The translations under genes and the position numbers were made by a program. Source: Eukaryota sp. TZLM1-RC (lineage: Eukaryota; Protista; Metamonada: BaSk clade). Taken from it: DNA of 64,000 nucleotides. Below are positions 24,196 through 34,622 of this stretch, piece after piece. Where the stretch lies: contig JAUPSS010000003.1 of assembly GCA_040285825.1 (NCBI GenBank), forward strand, positions 806,001 to 870,000, written 5' to 3'. The notes under the pieces are model-generated. The model searched no databases and had not been told where the DNA came from. It was given only the letters and a program-made list of their open reading frames with translations. Every line of letters begins with the position of its first letter. The stretch's first letter is position 1.

Positions 24196-24881
24196 TTAAA
24201 CTGTATCTATTTCTCCATTGACTTCTCCTGCCAGATTGAGTTTATTGTGCCTGATGTTGTGATATTCCGACACATTCCGTTCATCAAAATAGTTAATTCC
24301 CAAATTTGAAGCCAGAAGTTGACCAGCTTTGCGCAGGGATTTCTTACGTCTTGTCGTTCCTGTAATCATACGACCTTCAACATCTTTACCATTAAATATA
24401 AGATAATAGTAGTGGCCAGATGTACCTTCTGTTCGACGTAATCGAACGTAAATGTTGTGTAAAGGCACGGCTTTCAGACTGGACTTTTGCATTCGAAAAA
24501 AACAAGCTCCTTTCTGTCCATCAATGATGTAAACTCTGGGATCTTTGAAACTCCATATGACAATAAACGAGGCAATAAAGGCTACAACTGCGTAAAGAAA
24601 GTATGCCTAAAGTGAGAGAAACAAAAAAGATACATTCTGAATGTCTCTACTGAGTGAGCCTATATTGGCAACAATGTAGTACAAAGATGATAAGCCAATG
24701 CCAAGAAATACATAAACACGATGATATGTAAAATAAAGAACAAACTCGGAGATAAGATGATGAGTAAGGACATACTATCATCTCCAACACGTGTGAAGGG
24801 GTAGTATGGGTTATCTGAAAGACGTGATTCTATAACTGTAATCGCTCTATCGGTGAGTTTAAAATCTGTGAAGACCCCCAT
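24196..24881 (-). CDS. TMEM249/CATSPERQ-like membrane protein, 3 exons (introns 24660-24682 and 24607-24633)
   Basis: NPYYPF, two TM segments, HNIYVRL..YYLI.NG...LA..LGINYFD...S..H.IRH; removing 23 nt and 27 nt GT-AG introns gives one open frame. Confidence 0.75.
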
Positions 24882-24943
24882 AATACTGTCTATTGGAAAG
24901 TGATACCACAAGTGTGATGAACAGAAAATTGCCAGCATTTAAA

Positions 24944-25346
24944 ATGTCTTCTTCAGAAGCCTCACAGAATCAAGAAGGCTCACAACAGTCTCACGCATCT
25001 CCCGAAGCGGAAGCAGATGACACTGCTTCTGACCATGAAACATCAGGGTTCTTTGTTCCACAGCTTTATGGTGTGTATGATCCTTTCCACCAATCTCAGA
25101 GTTCTGGTCCCGCCTTAGTACACTTGTTGGGAATACCTTAACTGAGGTACAGTATGGCTTATCTTATCTTATTGTAGGGAAATCGAGAGCGAATACACAT
25201 CATGCGTAGATCAGTTAAACAACCTCAAAGGAGACTACACAAACGCTATCCACGAAATACACGAGGAAAAAGAACATATAGCCACAGCCCTACAAAGTCT
25301 TGTTTCGTCTGCCTCTGCTGTGCTTGGCTTTGGTTCTTCTGGTTAA
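24944..25346 (+). CDS. Small coiled-coil protein, 3 exons (introns 25071-25099 and 25152-25177)
   Basis: Removing 29 nt and 26 nt GT-AG introns yields MSSSEAS...LYEFWSRLSTLVGNTLTEVQEIESEYTSCVDQLNNLK...GFGSSG*. Confidence 0.6.
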
Positions 25347-25443
25347 CAATATTTGATCGGTATTTAATTTTGGGTTAAAAATGTACTGTAGCTAGTTTTT
25401 TGAAAATATTGTTTTTACAGACATTGTTATTGTTGTTGATGTA

Positions 25444-26316
25444 TTAAAAATAATTACTTGAATTTTTATTTGAATTGTGAGATTGTGCCTGTTTCTTAAT
25501 CTTCTCCAATATCGACAATGCTGATGCACTGATAACAGGCTTCTTTTCAACAGGTTCCTCATCATCCTCTGAATCAGAATCTTCTGCTACAATCTCTTGA
25601 GTTTCCCTCCATCTGGCAACAACATCTGACCAGTGCTGATGGCGAGTACAGTGTGGGCAATGGGCAACAGTTGTTGGAATAAGTTTTGGAGTGTTTTCCT
25701 TCTTCAAGAACCAAGAAGCTAGACAAGTAATGTGGACAGACATTCCACAATCATGAAACCCGCAACCTGTGGCCAATGCACCACAAGGATCGAGACAAAT
25801 GACGCAGTTATGAGAAGCCTGAGGCAGAAATCCTAGTGTTGGGCGTTCTGGAGCATATCGCTTTCCTTTTAGAATTACGGATTTAATTACAATTCGAGAA
25901 GGGAACGAAGGTAGGAGAGTTTCATAAGAAGGATCACAAAGACTTATGTTGAGAGGCATTGTGTTCCATGGTGAACACTCTGAAAGCATCTTCTGCAAAA
26001 CGGCTAGTTTGTATCTAATTAAATGTCGTCTGCCTTGTTTTTTAATGTTCTGAGCATATTTTCTTAATAGTCTGGAATGTGTGGGATGTTGCCATGCATA
26101 TTCGAACTGAAGTGCAGAAATTTTGTCAGCGAATCCAGAGACATAGAGAACAAACTTCCAGGGTCGTTTGTAAGAGGTTTTTCGAGCACCTCCAGCTATT
26201 TCACCGTTATGTTGACGTATGCGATGATTTGGATCATTAGTATAACCAACGTAAGCATGATCTTTGTAGTCAGAATTACATGAAACAAGCAAGTATACAC
26301 AGCAGAAAGAGGTCAT
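25444..26316 (-). CDS. SLX1: Structure-specific endonuclease subunit SLX1 (GIY-YIG + RING)
   Basis: VYLL..YVGYTNDP.HRIRQHNGEI.GGA.KT..RPW, ALQFEYAWQHP, C-terminal C/H RING-variant finger. Confidence 0.95.
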   Translation of the reverse strand: MTSFCCVYLLVSCNSDYKDHAYVGYTNDPNHRIRQHNGEIAGGARKTSYKRPWKFVLYVSGFADKISALQFEYAWQHPTHSRLLRKYAQNIKKQGRRHLIRYKLAVLQKMLSECSPWNTMPLNISLCDPSYETLLPSFPSRIVIKSVILKGKRYAPERPTLGFLPQASHNCVICLDPCGALATGCGFHDCGMSVHITCLASWFLKKENTPKLIPTTVAHCPHCTRHQHWSDVVARWRETQEIVAEDSDSEDDEEPVEKKPVISASALSILEKIKKQAQSHNSNKNSSNYF

Positions 26317-26327
26317 TTATAAAGAAG

Positions 26328-26900
26328 TTGTATATAACAATGGAATAAGTGTCCTTTACCTCTAATGTTGAGGGACCAAAGTTTATTTTGAGAAGATTTT
26401 CTCTCTAATACCTTTTTTGTAGAAATTTTATCAACAGTGGCTCTCTGCAGGTAGACTGGTGTATCACCTCCATTTACTTGTGCTTCCATTTCCGCCAACA
26501 TATTTAATGAAGGATTTCGATTTCTATTCCATGAACTTTCGCATGAATTTCGTTATTGCCCAAATTCAATGAGTAATCAAATCCTTGGGAAATATTGATT
26601 TCGTGAGCTACTTCACCTGTGAATAAACTTATTGTTCTTTCAGTCGTTAGATTAATTTTACTTCTGTTTAGATCCATCCTTTGTTGTTGAGCTTCGTATA
26701 GTTCATAATTGGATGTATCAATTGCCCTTTCAGTAGACCTATGTATTGTGATCAAAATGTTTTTACGAATTTCTTGTCCCTTATTCTTTTAAAGTTGGTA
26801 GTTTCAGACCTATCTATGTTGGTTCCGAGTGTGCCTAAAATGAAATTATTTAAAATCTTTGAGGTCCAATAGCTTCAATCATTTTCGAATCTCTGATGAC
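26328..26900 (-). mobile_element. Fanzor1 remnant (family F-AB, copy B)
   Basis: Frameshifted C..SWNRNRNPSLNMLAEMEAQVNGGDTPVYLQR; nucleotide similarity to 21194-21420 through the 3' end; upstream boundary uncertain. Confidence 0.8.
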
Positions 26901-27479
26901 ACTTTGTAGACTGTTTTTAGAGTCATCTTGAGGGTTATATTTAACAATTTACATGAATTCGTCATTGTTGTCATTGATAGTTAAATCAATATTCTTCAAA
27001 CAATTAACTGCAACCGCAGTTTTTTTGCGATAAGAAAAATCAGAAAAGGGATCATTGTCTTGGACTTTTCAGCGATTTTAAAAATATTGTTGATCTGTAC
27101 TCTCCCGTAAAATTTGTGAAAATTGTATATAATTCACGTGGTTCATCAACATTTGCGCAAATACTGTAAGTATCAACAACAAATCGACAAGCAATTAAAG
27201 ACTTTAAGTGTTTGTGATTTAATTCTATTAAATTTGAAAAAAACAGTATTAAATCCATTCACTAGCATAGTTTTTGTCCTTAAAAAGGCCCTCGTTTGTG
27301 AATTTTTGATAATATGTGGAATTTCAAATTTGACAATGTTGAAAACACATATTATATGAAAATTGTAAATTTCTACTATTTTTAAATGAACTTAGCAATT
27401 CATTTTTCACAGGATTGATGATATAAAGTGATAATTTTATCATCAACTGTACAATAATGTTCTTTTCCGTTTGGTGACT

Positions 27480-28023
27480 TTTGTACAAGATCGCAAAAAA
27501 TAAGGTCTAATTGAATCTGTTCTCCAGTAAAAATACGAGTAACAGTATTTGAAACAACCTAAAAAAATAGTAGATTTACAGTAAAAGATAAAAGGTTCTT
27601 TGAAGGCAAGTATTGGAATAGAGACTTCAACTCTGCCATAAATATATATTCCAAAACAACAGCTGTAATCCAAGGTGAAGCTAGACCATCCATTTTTCAG
27701 AGACCAAAAACTCAAACAAAAGATTTCGAAAAAGGTCCATCTACTTCACAAGGTGATCAGGAGAAGAAAACTGTTGAGAAAGACCAAAAACCGAGAAGAA
27801 GTGGTATATGTGGCGGAGAACGCCACAACGGAAGAAACTGTCCATCACAAGTTTCTGAAACAAGCACATCATCATTGGGTGCTAAAAGAAGACAAGGAGA
27901 AAGTTAAAAGAAAGTAGTCAAGAAGATCTCTGTAGAAGAAGTTGAACGGTCCAACTTAAACGATGTGGCTGCCCAATAGTAGAAAAATAATAGTGCTAAT
28001 GTAAGTTTGGACCAAACCGTTCA
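27480..28023 (+). mobile_element. Fanzor1 C-terminal remnant with long terminal stem-loop
   Basis: GKYWNRDFNSAINIYSKTTAVIQGEARPSIFQRP (RuvC-III plus RP..F.R tail) at about 27605-27706; inverted repeat at 27943-28023. Confidence 0.75.
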
Positions 28024-28063
28024 GTAAACAAAATTTTTGGATTTTGTTGATTTTGGATTCTGA

Positions 28064-29779
28064 ATGAATGTTGATGTTCTCTCCCAAGGCCTACAGGGCT
28101 TCAATTATGTTGATTCTGTGACCTCTGGTTACTCCCTTGATGTGAAGATTGTTTCTTCGACGTTTACAGACTATCTTTACATTTACACAAAGCCACTTTT
28201 CACATGTGTCTCCGATAACAAATCACTTGAACATTCTATCAACCTTCAACTATCAACTACTTTTAACACATCCGACATTTCCCAACAAGATGCTGTCTCT
28301 GTTGTCAATGTCATTGGCGAAGCAATTGCAAACTATGTTGGGGAGGCCTTTGAACCTTTTGCTCCTTCCGACCAAGAATTATTTTCGTCCTTTGAAATTG
28401 TTGATTGTGACACTTTCACTGAGTTTCCCAGTGATGACGATTTTGATGGTGATTCTGATTTCCAAACCTCAAACAGCACTCAACATCTTGACTTTGTTCC
28501 ACACCTTAAGCTTTTACATTATCAATATTTCTTGCCAAAAGAATACTTTAAAGATACGATTTCTCTAACTTTAAAGCTACCTTTAAATCAGTATCTTTCA
28601 ACCATTCAAATAAAAATTTATCATTTATCAACCGTAATGGACGTTGCTCTAAAACTCCCAGTATCTACTTTTGCGCCGTCATTACCAGAAGTGAATTTCT
28701 TGACTCAACAATGTTCAGTCACTCGTATCATGGCTAGGAGACTCACAACTGAGGTTCGTGCTCTCTATAAACAGTTCAAACTATGCAGTGATTTTTTTTC
28801 AAATATTGAAACCTGTGTCAAGAATTCATTTTTACATTTATCTGATAAGTGTGCAGTTTGTGACGACTTGCTTTCCAATTATGGTATTTGTCCTAGCAGC
28901 AAACTCACTTATTGCGATAAATCCACCTGCTGCTTCTCATTCACAGATCTTGGAGTAGGCTATAACCTTCTTGATGATGTTCTTCGGAATCAATTGAGTG
29001 TTGAATTGTTATTAAACTTTGCGCTTAATACAGTAAATTCTAGAGATAAGGAAAGATTATTTGATAGTTGTCCTTCTGATTTCTTGGATATTAATAAGAG
29101 GCCAGACTACAAAGATATTTATCAACATCTTCAATCAATTCCCCCCATCTCGTCACTTTCTTCTGCAGAATCAGAACTAGATCTACGTACAACCCTTGGA
29201 ACCAAGTCGTTTAGGTTACTGAGGTGGGTCATCTCCACTAATCGATCACTGATTCTTTCAATTCCTTCAAACAGTCGTTATTATCATAGTTCACTTCAAG
29301 GTACTCAGTTTTTAGTTTCAGGGGTTAATCCAAAAAGAGAGGTTGAATTTCAAAATCTTTGTTCTCAATTTGGTTTCATATGGGCTTACCATGGTTCATG
29401 TCCTTTTAACTGGTGGAGAATAATTGGAAAGAATGAAGCCATTATCAACATGAGCGGTACCTCTGGCCAGCTTCACGGGTCAGCCCATGGTCCTGGGGTT
29501 TATACTTCAATCACCCCTAGCACAGCATTGAGTTATGGACGGTCCTTTGTTACTAGGAATGAAGCTTTGCCTTCTGGGGATGCTATATTAGTATGTCAAA
29601 TAGCAAAGGTTTGTGGTTATGAACAGTGGATGAGAAACAATCGGCATTATATAGTGGTGCCTCAAACAAGGTATGTTTTACCACGGTACTTTGTAATTAA
29701 TGCAAATAGTCATGGTTCTGTCAATGGCGTAGTTCCAAGCTGTTTTACTTCAGAAGAATTGTTATCAGAATTGCTTTGA
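28064..29779 (+). CDS. PARP-family mono-ADP-ribosyltransferase (PARP6/8/16-like)
   Basis: C-x2-C...C-x4-C finger, LLRWVISTNRS, WAYHGS..NW..I, HGSAHGPGVY.S....AL.Y catalytic motifs. Confidence 0.8.
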   Translation: MNVDVLSQGLQGFNYVDSVTSGYSLDVKIVSSTFTDYLYIYTKPLFTCVSDNKSLEHSINLQLSTTFNTSDISQQDAVSVVNVIGEAIANYVGEAFEPFAPSDQELFSSFEIVDCDTFTEFPSDDDFDGDSDFQTSNSTQHLDFVPHLKLLHYQYFLPKEYFKDTISLTLKLPLNQYLSTIQIKIYHLSTVMDVALKLPVSTFAPSLPEVNFLTQQCSVTRIMARRLTTEVRALYKQFKLCSDFFSNIETCVKNSFLHLSDKCAVCDDLLSNYGICPSSKLTYCDKSTCCFSFTDLGVGYNLLDDVLRNQLSVELLLNFALNTVNSRDKERLFDSCPSDFLDINKRPDYKDIYQHLQSIPPISSLSSAESELDLRTTLGTKSFRLLRWVISTNRSLILSIPSNSRYYHSSLQGTQFLVSGVNPKREVEFQNLCSQFGFIWAYHGSCPFNWWRIIGKNEAIINMSGTSGQLHGSAHGPGVYTSITPSTALSYGRSFVTRNEALPSGDAILVCQIAKVCGYEQWMRNNRHYIVVPQTRYVLPRYFVINANSHGSVNGVVPSCFTSEELLSELL

Positions 29780-30200
29780 ATTGTTTTAAATTTGCACAGC
29801 AATTCTTAATACACTATTTATTGAATTCTAAGTTTTTGCTTATTTTGAGAGTTGAAGTTACTCTTGGTTTTGGAGTTGCTTCTCTCAAAAACCTAATTGG
29901 ATGGAAGTAAATTTCATTTTATTTCCCACAACAAATAAAATTCATCAAAACAAAAAGTTATTTATTTTTACCCTAAATAAAAATGTTGGACAAAAAAATT
30001 GTAGTTAATTCAAGACAATTCAACTAAAAACTTAAATTGATCTGAACCAAGCATTCCATAAAGCAAATAGAGCTGAAAACATTTCAAATGTTCAATATCC
30101 TAATCACCAATGCTTCCCATTTGATCATCACCAATGATCAAACAAAATAATTCCTTGCATTTTAAAAAAAACCAATAAAAAGTGTCAATTCTTCTTAAAC

Positions 30201-31295
30201 TCAAGTTTTGTACTTGAATTTCTTTCTGTACCTCTCCATTTCTTTTATAGAATCTTTAAGTGTTGTGTACCTGTACTTTGGCTCAACCATAGCCTTCATG
30301 TTGACCTCGGCTTGTTGGGCAAGCTTCAACTCTAACTGAAGAAGGGTCTGTCTGGCAGTCGAGAGAAAAGTAAAGTAATTAGAAGGGTTGGATGGAGGGG
30401 GTAGACTTGAGGTCATTGAGTGAATGGGATGAGGGTAATAAGTTGGATGTAAATTGGGTTGATATTGTGAGGAATGAGGTTGACTAAACTTGACATTTGA
30501 TTGATAATTTGATTGATTAGAAGGTGGTATTTGGGGCGCTTTGATGTTGGAATTGTTAACAGTGGATGTCAAAGGTTCAAAGCTGCAATGATTTGATTGA
30601 TTGTTGGATTGAAAATTTGATTGATTGTTATGAATTGCTGTGGGCAGTTGTAGTTGTGGAGATCTCTGAGAGGAATATTTAGCCTCTGTGACTGATTGTT
30701 GATTTGATGGCTGATTTGATTGTACACGACTGTCAACAACTACATTCTCCTGAGATGACTCAATTGATGTATCACCTTGCCTGAACACAGATTCATCACC
30801 CCTATCATCAAACAATCTTGATTGAGCTGATTCTTCTGATTCAAAATCTTCTTGGTATGAATAATTAACCTTAGGACTAGAGGGAACGTCAGCATTGGTG
30901 CTTGGGGATGAAATGTCTATTAGGCTTTCTTCAGGGATGTCCTCTTCAATACTGTCTTGGATTTTCTCAGAAATAGTAGGGGACGAGGCTGGTGGTTCCT
31001 TCCTTTGTGAACTGACAGATGGTGAGCTTGGCATAGAGCGGAGTGGAGACGATGGTCTTACAGAAATGGTTTTTGAACGTTCAGCAGCAGCTCTAGAGGC
31101 TGCTTGAGCTCTTGCTATTATTTCCTTCAAATTTGAAGATGAACTGGAAGTGAAGGTAGGTGCTGTGGAAGGACGTTGGAGGGTTTGTGGTGGTTCATTT
31201 ACAGGTGGTTTGCTGACAGGGACAATGACAGGCATCGAATCCGCAGCATCAATGTCTGGCAAGTCATCTAGACTATCATCTGTGATGTCGAGCAT
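30201..31295 (-). CDS. Low-complexity S/P/Q-rich protein; C-terminus weakly like C19orf44/DUF4614
   Basis: 364 aa ORF ending KYRYTTLKDSIKEMERYR. Confidence 0.6.
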   Translation of the reverse strand: MLDITDDSLDDLPDIDAADSMPVIVPVSKPPVNEPPQTLQRPSTAPTFTSSSSSNLKEIIARAQAASRAAAERSKTISVRPSSPLRSMPSSPSVSSQRKEPPASSPTISEKIQDSIEEDIPEESLIDISSPSTNADVPSSPKVNYSYQEDFESEESAQSRLFDDRGDESVFRQGDTSIESSQENVVVDSRVQSNQPSNQQSVTEAKYSSQRSPQLQLPTAIHNNQSNFQSNNQSNHCSFEPLTSTVNNSNIKAPQIPPSNQSNYQSNVKFSQPHSSQYQPNLHPTYYPHPIHSMTSSLPPPSNPSNYFTFLSTARQTLLQLELKLAQQAEVNMKAMVEPKYRYTTLKDSIKEMERYRKKFKYKT

Positions 31296-31315
31296 GAAAT
31301 AATATATTTGATATA

Positions 31316-32483
31316 AAACATTTATTTATTAAAAAAATAACAAAAAATAACAAAACCAATGTTAGAATTCCGAACGTTCGCAACCCTTCCGAACGTTCGG
31401 CCGAACTAGTTTTTGTTCATTTACACGTGTCAACACAGTTTTGTTTAAAAATGTTTTCACAAATCCCTATTTCAACTACTACAATAGATTTCATTGTTTA
31501 AAAGTCTGTATTCATACAAAAATCACCTTCTTTACATCAACTTTCTGCAATGCCAAAGCACCTTGTTTACAAACTTCTAGACAACGTTAATTACGATAAA
31601 GTGTCCAAAAATATTACTTCACAGTGCCGCTGCTGCAGTAAAATGCTAAAAGGTTCAGCCCGTCGCTTTTCCTCCCATTTCATTAAGGAGTATAGAGCTG
31701 GATATGCCTTATGTACTCAATTATCCACCATTTCTGTCAAGGATATAAACACTGTCCGTGTTCATGAAGGATATGATGCTCTTCCTGTTCCCGTACACTT
31801 GTTTATGATGGTTGGAAGGATGTAAATGGTTCATCTTTATTAAATATTCTTTTGGTAAGCAACACTTTCTCTTTCTTTGTAAAATCAATAAACATATCTG
31901 ATGAAAAAAAGCCTGGTTATACACTTTATTTAAAATTGAAAGAAGTTGTTGATTGTGTTGGCCCAAATTTAATTACTCATATTGTGTCAGACAGTGCCAC
32001 CAATTGCCTTCCCGCTTGCTCACTCCTTATCGCCGATTATCCTCATATTCTGTTTTCTCCTTGTGCCTCTCATACTTTGGATTTAGATGTTGTAGAACTT
32101 TCTGAATAAAAGTTTAGTTTGTTGGTTGATAGTGAGTGTAATAGCATAACGAAGGAGGAGATAAACAGCGTATTGATATTAATGAATCAAAACGAGATGC
32201 CGAACTAACCGAACGTATCAGTAGGTGCCGAACGTTCGGCCGAACGTACGCCGAACTAGTTTAGTTCGGCCGAACTAGTTCAGTAATTCTAACATTGAAC
32301 AAAACAAACTAAAACACATAAGAAACAAAATTCTCCACGCCAACTCTTGATGAATCCTTATACAGCTTGGACATCATTAAACTCAAGTACTTGGGAACAC
32401 TTCTGTACAAAGCGAAAATGATACGATTCTTCCATAAATTCCCTGCAAAATTCTTACCACTTGAACGACATAAATTACCAAAA
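31316..32483 (-). mobile_element. Very short 3' fragment of RT-RLE retrotransposon (family C) with 12 bp TSD, carrying a nested hAT element
   Basis: 32306-32483 is the reverse complement of about 40850-41015 (LWKNRIIFALY); TSD ATATTTGATATA at 31304-31315 and 32484-32495. Confidence 0.8.
31357..32297 (+). mobile_element. Internally deleted hAT DNA transposon
   Basis: 13 bp TIR CAATGTTAGAATT/AATTCTAACATTG, 8 bp TSD AACAAAAC, subterminal CCGAAC repeats, BED finger (CRCC..HF...C) and DUF659 fragments (VSDSATNC, PCASHTLDL). Confidence 0.95.
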
Positions 32484-32509
32484 ATATTTGATATATATAA
32501 TATTATATA

Positions 32510-32760
32510 ATAGGATTAACTGTGAATTTCACTTATCATGCATTCCACTGTGAAATTCACTCCTGTTTTCAACTTTCTCAATGTCTACTCACAGGCTGTA
32601 AGATACGCGTAGCATCATTTGACAAAGACAATCATGATCTTCATCAATGGGCTACCTCACTTAAATACACCTACTGCTTTCACAGAACAAAGCCTCGCGA
32701 CTTGATGTATCTAAGTGGATCTACCAAATGCTATCAAGGTATTTGTAGATCGGTCTCAAA
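32510..32760 (-). ncRNA. Candidate Fanzor omegaRNA scaffold / element 3' end
   Basis: Downstream of the Fanzor stop; hairpins at 32718-32751 and 32522-32560 (perfect 11 bp stem GTGAATTTCAC/GTGAAATTCAC); no expression evidence. Confidence 0.45.
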
Positions 32761-32853
32761 AGTTTTTCAAAAAAGTCAAAAATAAAATAAAAAACTCAAA
32801 ATAAAATACCAGTTTTTCCAAAGTTTTTGTTTCTGTTTGCTCAGGTTCCCCAT

Positions 32854-34622
32854 TCATCTCCTCAACAGAGCTTCTGGGAAAATGTATCATTCCGGCCACA
32901 ATTCCGCTTTCTTCTTAATTTGAATATTTTTTTTCAGCGGAAATATCTCTGTCAAATACTGTTTGACACTCAGTACAAATACGCATCTGCCATGAGCCTG
33001 CTTGAATATTTTCGGCCATGCAACAACTTGACAGTTTGCTTGTATTAAATTCACTGGTTGACACAACCATTTTCTGAAAGCCCTTGCTGATCCATATCGA
33101 TTGACTTTTCGGCAATGAGAAGGGAAATTAGCAGAACCCACAGCAAGATAGAGTTTTTCAGGATGTCCAGCCAGCCTTTGAAATTTGTTGAGACTCTCTC
33201 TGAACTGTCTCTCTTTTCGTCTGCGGTTATCAAATTTAATTATTTTCCATTTCTGGCGATTACTTTCCAAGTACACTTTCCTCCTGACCAAATTTCAATG
33301 GTTCAAATATTGGTTGAAATTTTGAACGGAATAATGTTTGGGAGAGTGTTTACTGGGTGAGGGTTTTGTCATGTATTTTCTGCCAGTTGGACAAGGGATA
33401 ACTCCACATTGATTATCATTTAAGAAGTAACCACATAATATAGATTGGCCCAGATCAACGCCAATAAGGGGCCTTTCAGGTAGAATTTCGACTGAATGTC
33501 TACGTCTTCGACAAGGACATCCAAGGTTTTCAATAAATATTTTTTTAAATCTATTTTTCAAACTTTTTCTGTTGATATTAAATTTTTGGTAAGGACAATG
33601 TTTGAATATTCGTTTCAGACATGTATTGTTGATGAACTTTGTGTTGGAAGATGATCCTTCAATAAGTGGGAATTTTTCAGAGTGGAAAACATGTGAAGGT
33701 ACCTCATGAAATTTAGAACTTTTATGAGAAGCTAAAAGTATTATTTTAAATTTCTTCCAGCAATGCATATGAGAAAAACAAGTAAGTATTGTGAAATTTT
33801 AAGATTAAAGAGAAAAAGTTCAACAATTTCCTTTGATGAAAAGGTGATTTCATCATGTAAAGACAGTAGAGAAGCAGTGGTAAGAAATCTTTGAAGGAGA
33901 TTCAAGATAAACTTACATGCATTTAATAAGAAGAATCTTTCTCTTGAATTATTCAGATTGAAATTGATGTAGTGTTCGAGAACAGAATCAACAACTACTT
34001 CCTCGGGTTGGGCTAATGGTTCATCTGGCAAAAGTGAGAGAATATTATTGGCAAAGACATTTGTTTTATCTAGAGCTCTACAATAAGCACAAATAAAGTT
34101 TTCTGTCCAGGATTGACAAATTTTAGGTAAACTTGTCTTCACGTTAGACGCCAATTGACGAGCCCGACAAGCAAGGTAAGGAAACAGACCTTTTCTAGTG
34201 ATAAAATTACAATTCTGAGATTGCAGCCAAGCATTGAGAAAAAGATTGAATGAATTTCTGTAAGGCACTAAAGAATTTTCCCACAAAGAAATAAGAGACC
34301 TGTCTTGTGGGCATTCTGGAAGAAGAAATCCATTGTAAAAGATATGGAGTAATTGGCGTTGGCCTTTAGATGTGGAAGGCTTTGGATAAGAACCAGTGGT
34401 GATGAAGGTCATAAACAGATACCATACATCCTGTTCCACTAAAGCTCTAGATGCCAACGGAAAATCTAGAAGAAAAGATTGAAGCAATAAAGAAGCTTCA
34501 TGACAAATCTCGGTGACCAAAGGAAGGTCAGTCCGAATTTGTTGCACCGCTGCAGGGACCAGCAACGAGTTAAGTGCACAAGACCGAGTGAATACACGTG
34601 ACACAGAGTGGGTGTCTGTCAT
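32854..34622 (-). pseudogene. Near full-length Fanzor1 RNA-guided nuclease (~570 aa) with frameshifts
   Basis: N-terminus CALNSLL..I...VTEICHEASLLL; RuvC-I IGVDLG; LAVGSANF; RuvC-II SEFNTSKLSSCC; Zn finger ICTEC; RuvC-III DRDISA; tail FPEALLRR; split across at least 4 ORF fragments. Confidence 0.88.

Noticed and set aside
25100-25180. TAA readthrough or alternative genetic code, or a 5 nt micro-exon, in the 24944 gene
   Set aside because: Two ordinary GT-AG introns explain the frame, and TAA terminates conserved genes such as tubulin and SNU114.
31370-32290. CRISPR-like short repeats (CCGAACGTTCGG / CCGAACTAG)
   Set aside because: Irregular spacing and confinement to the ends of a hAT element identify them as subterminal transposase-binding repeats.
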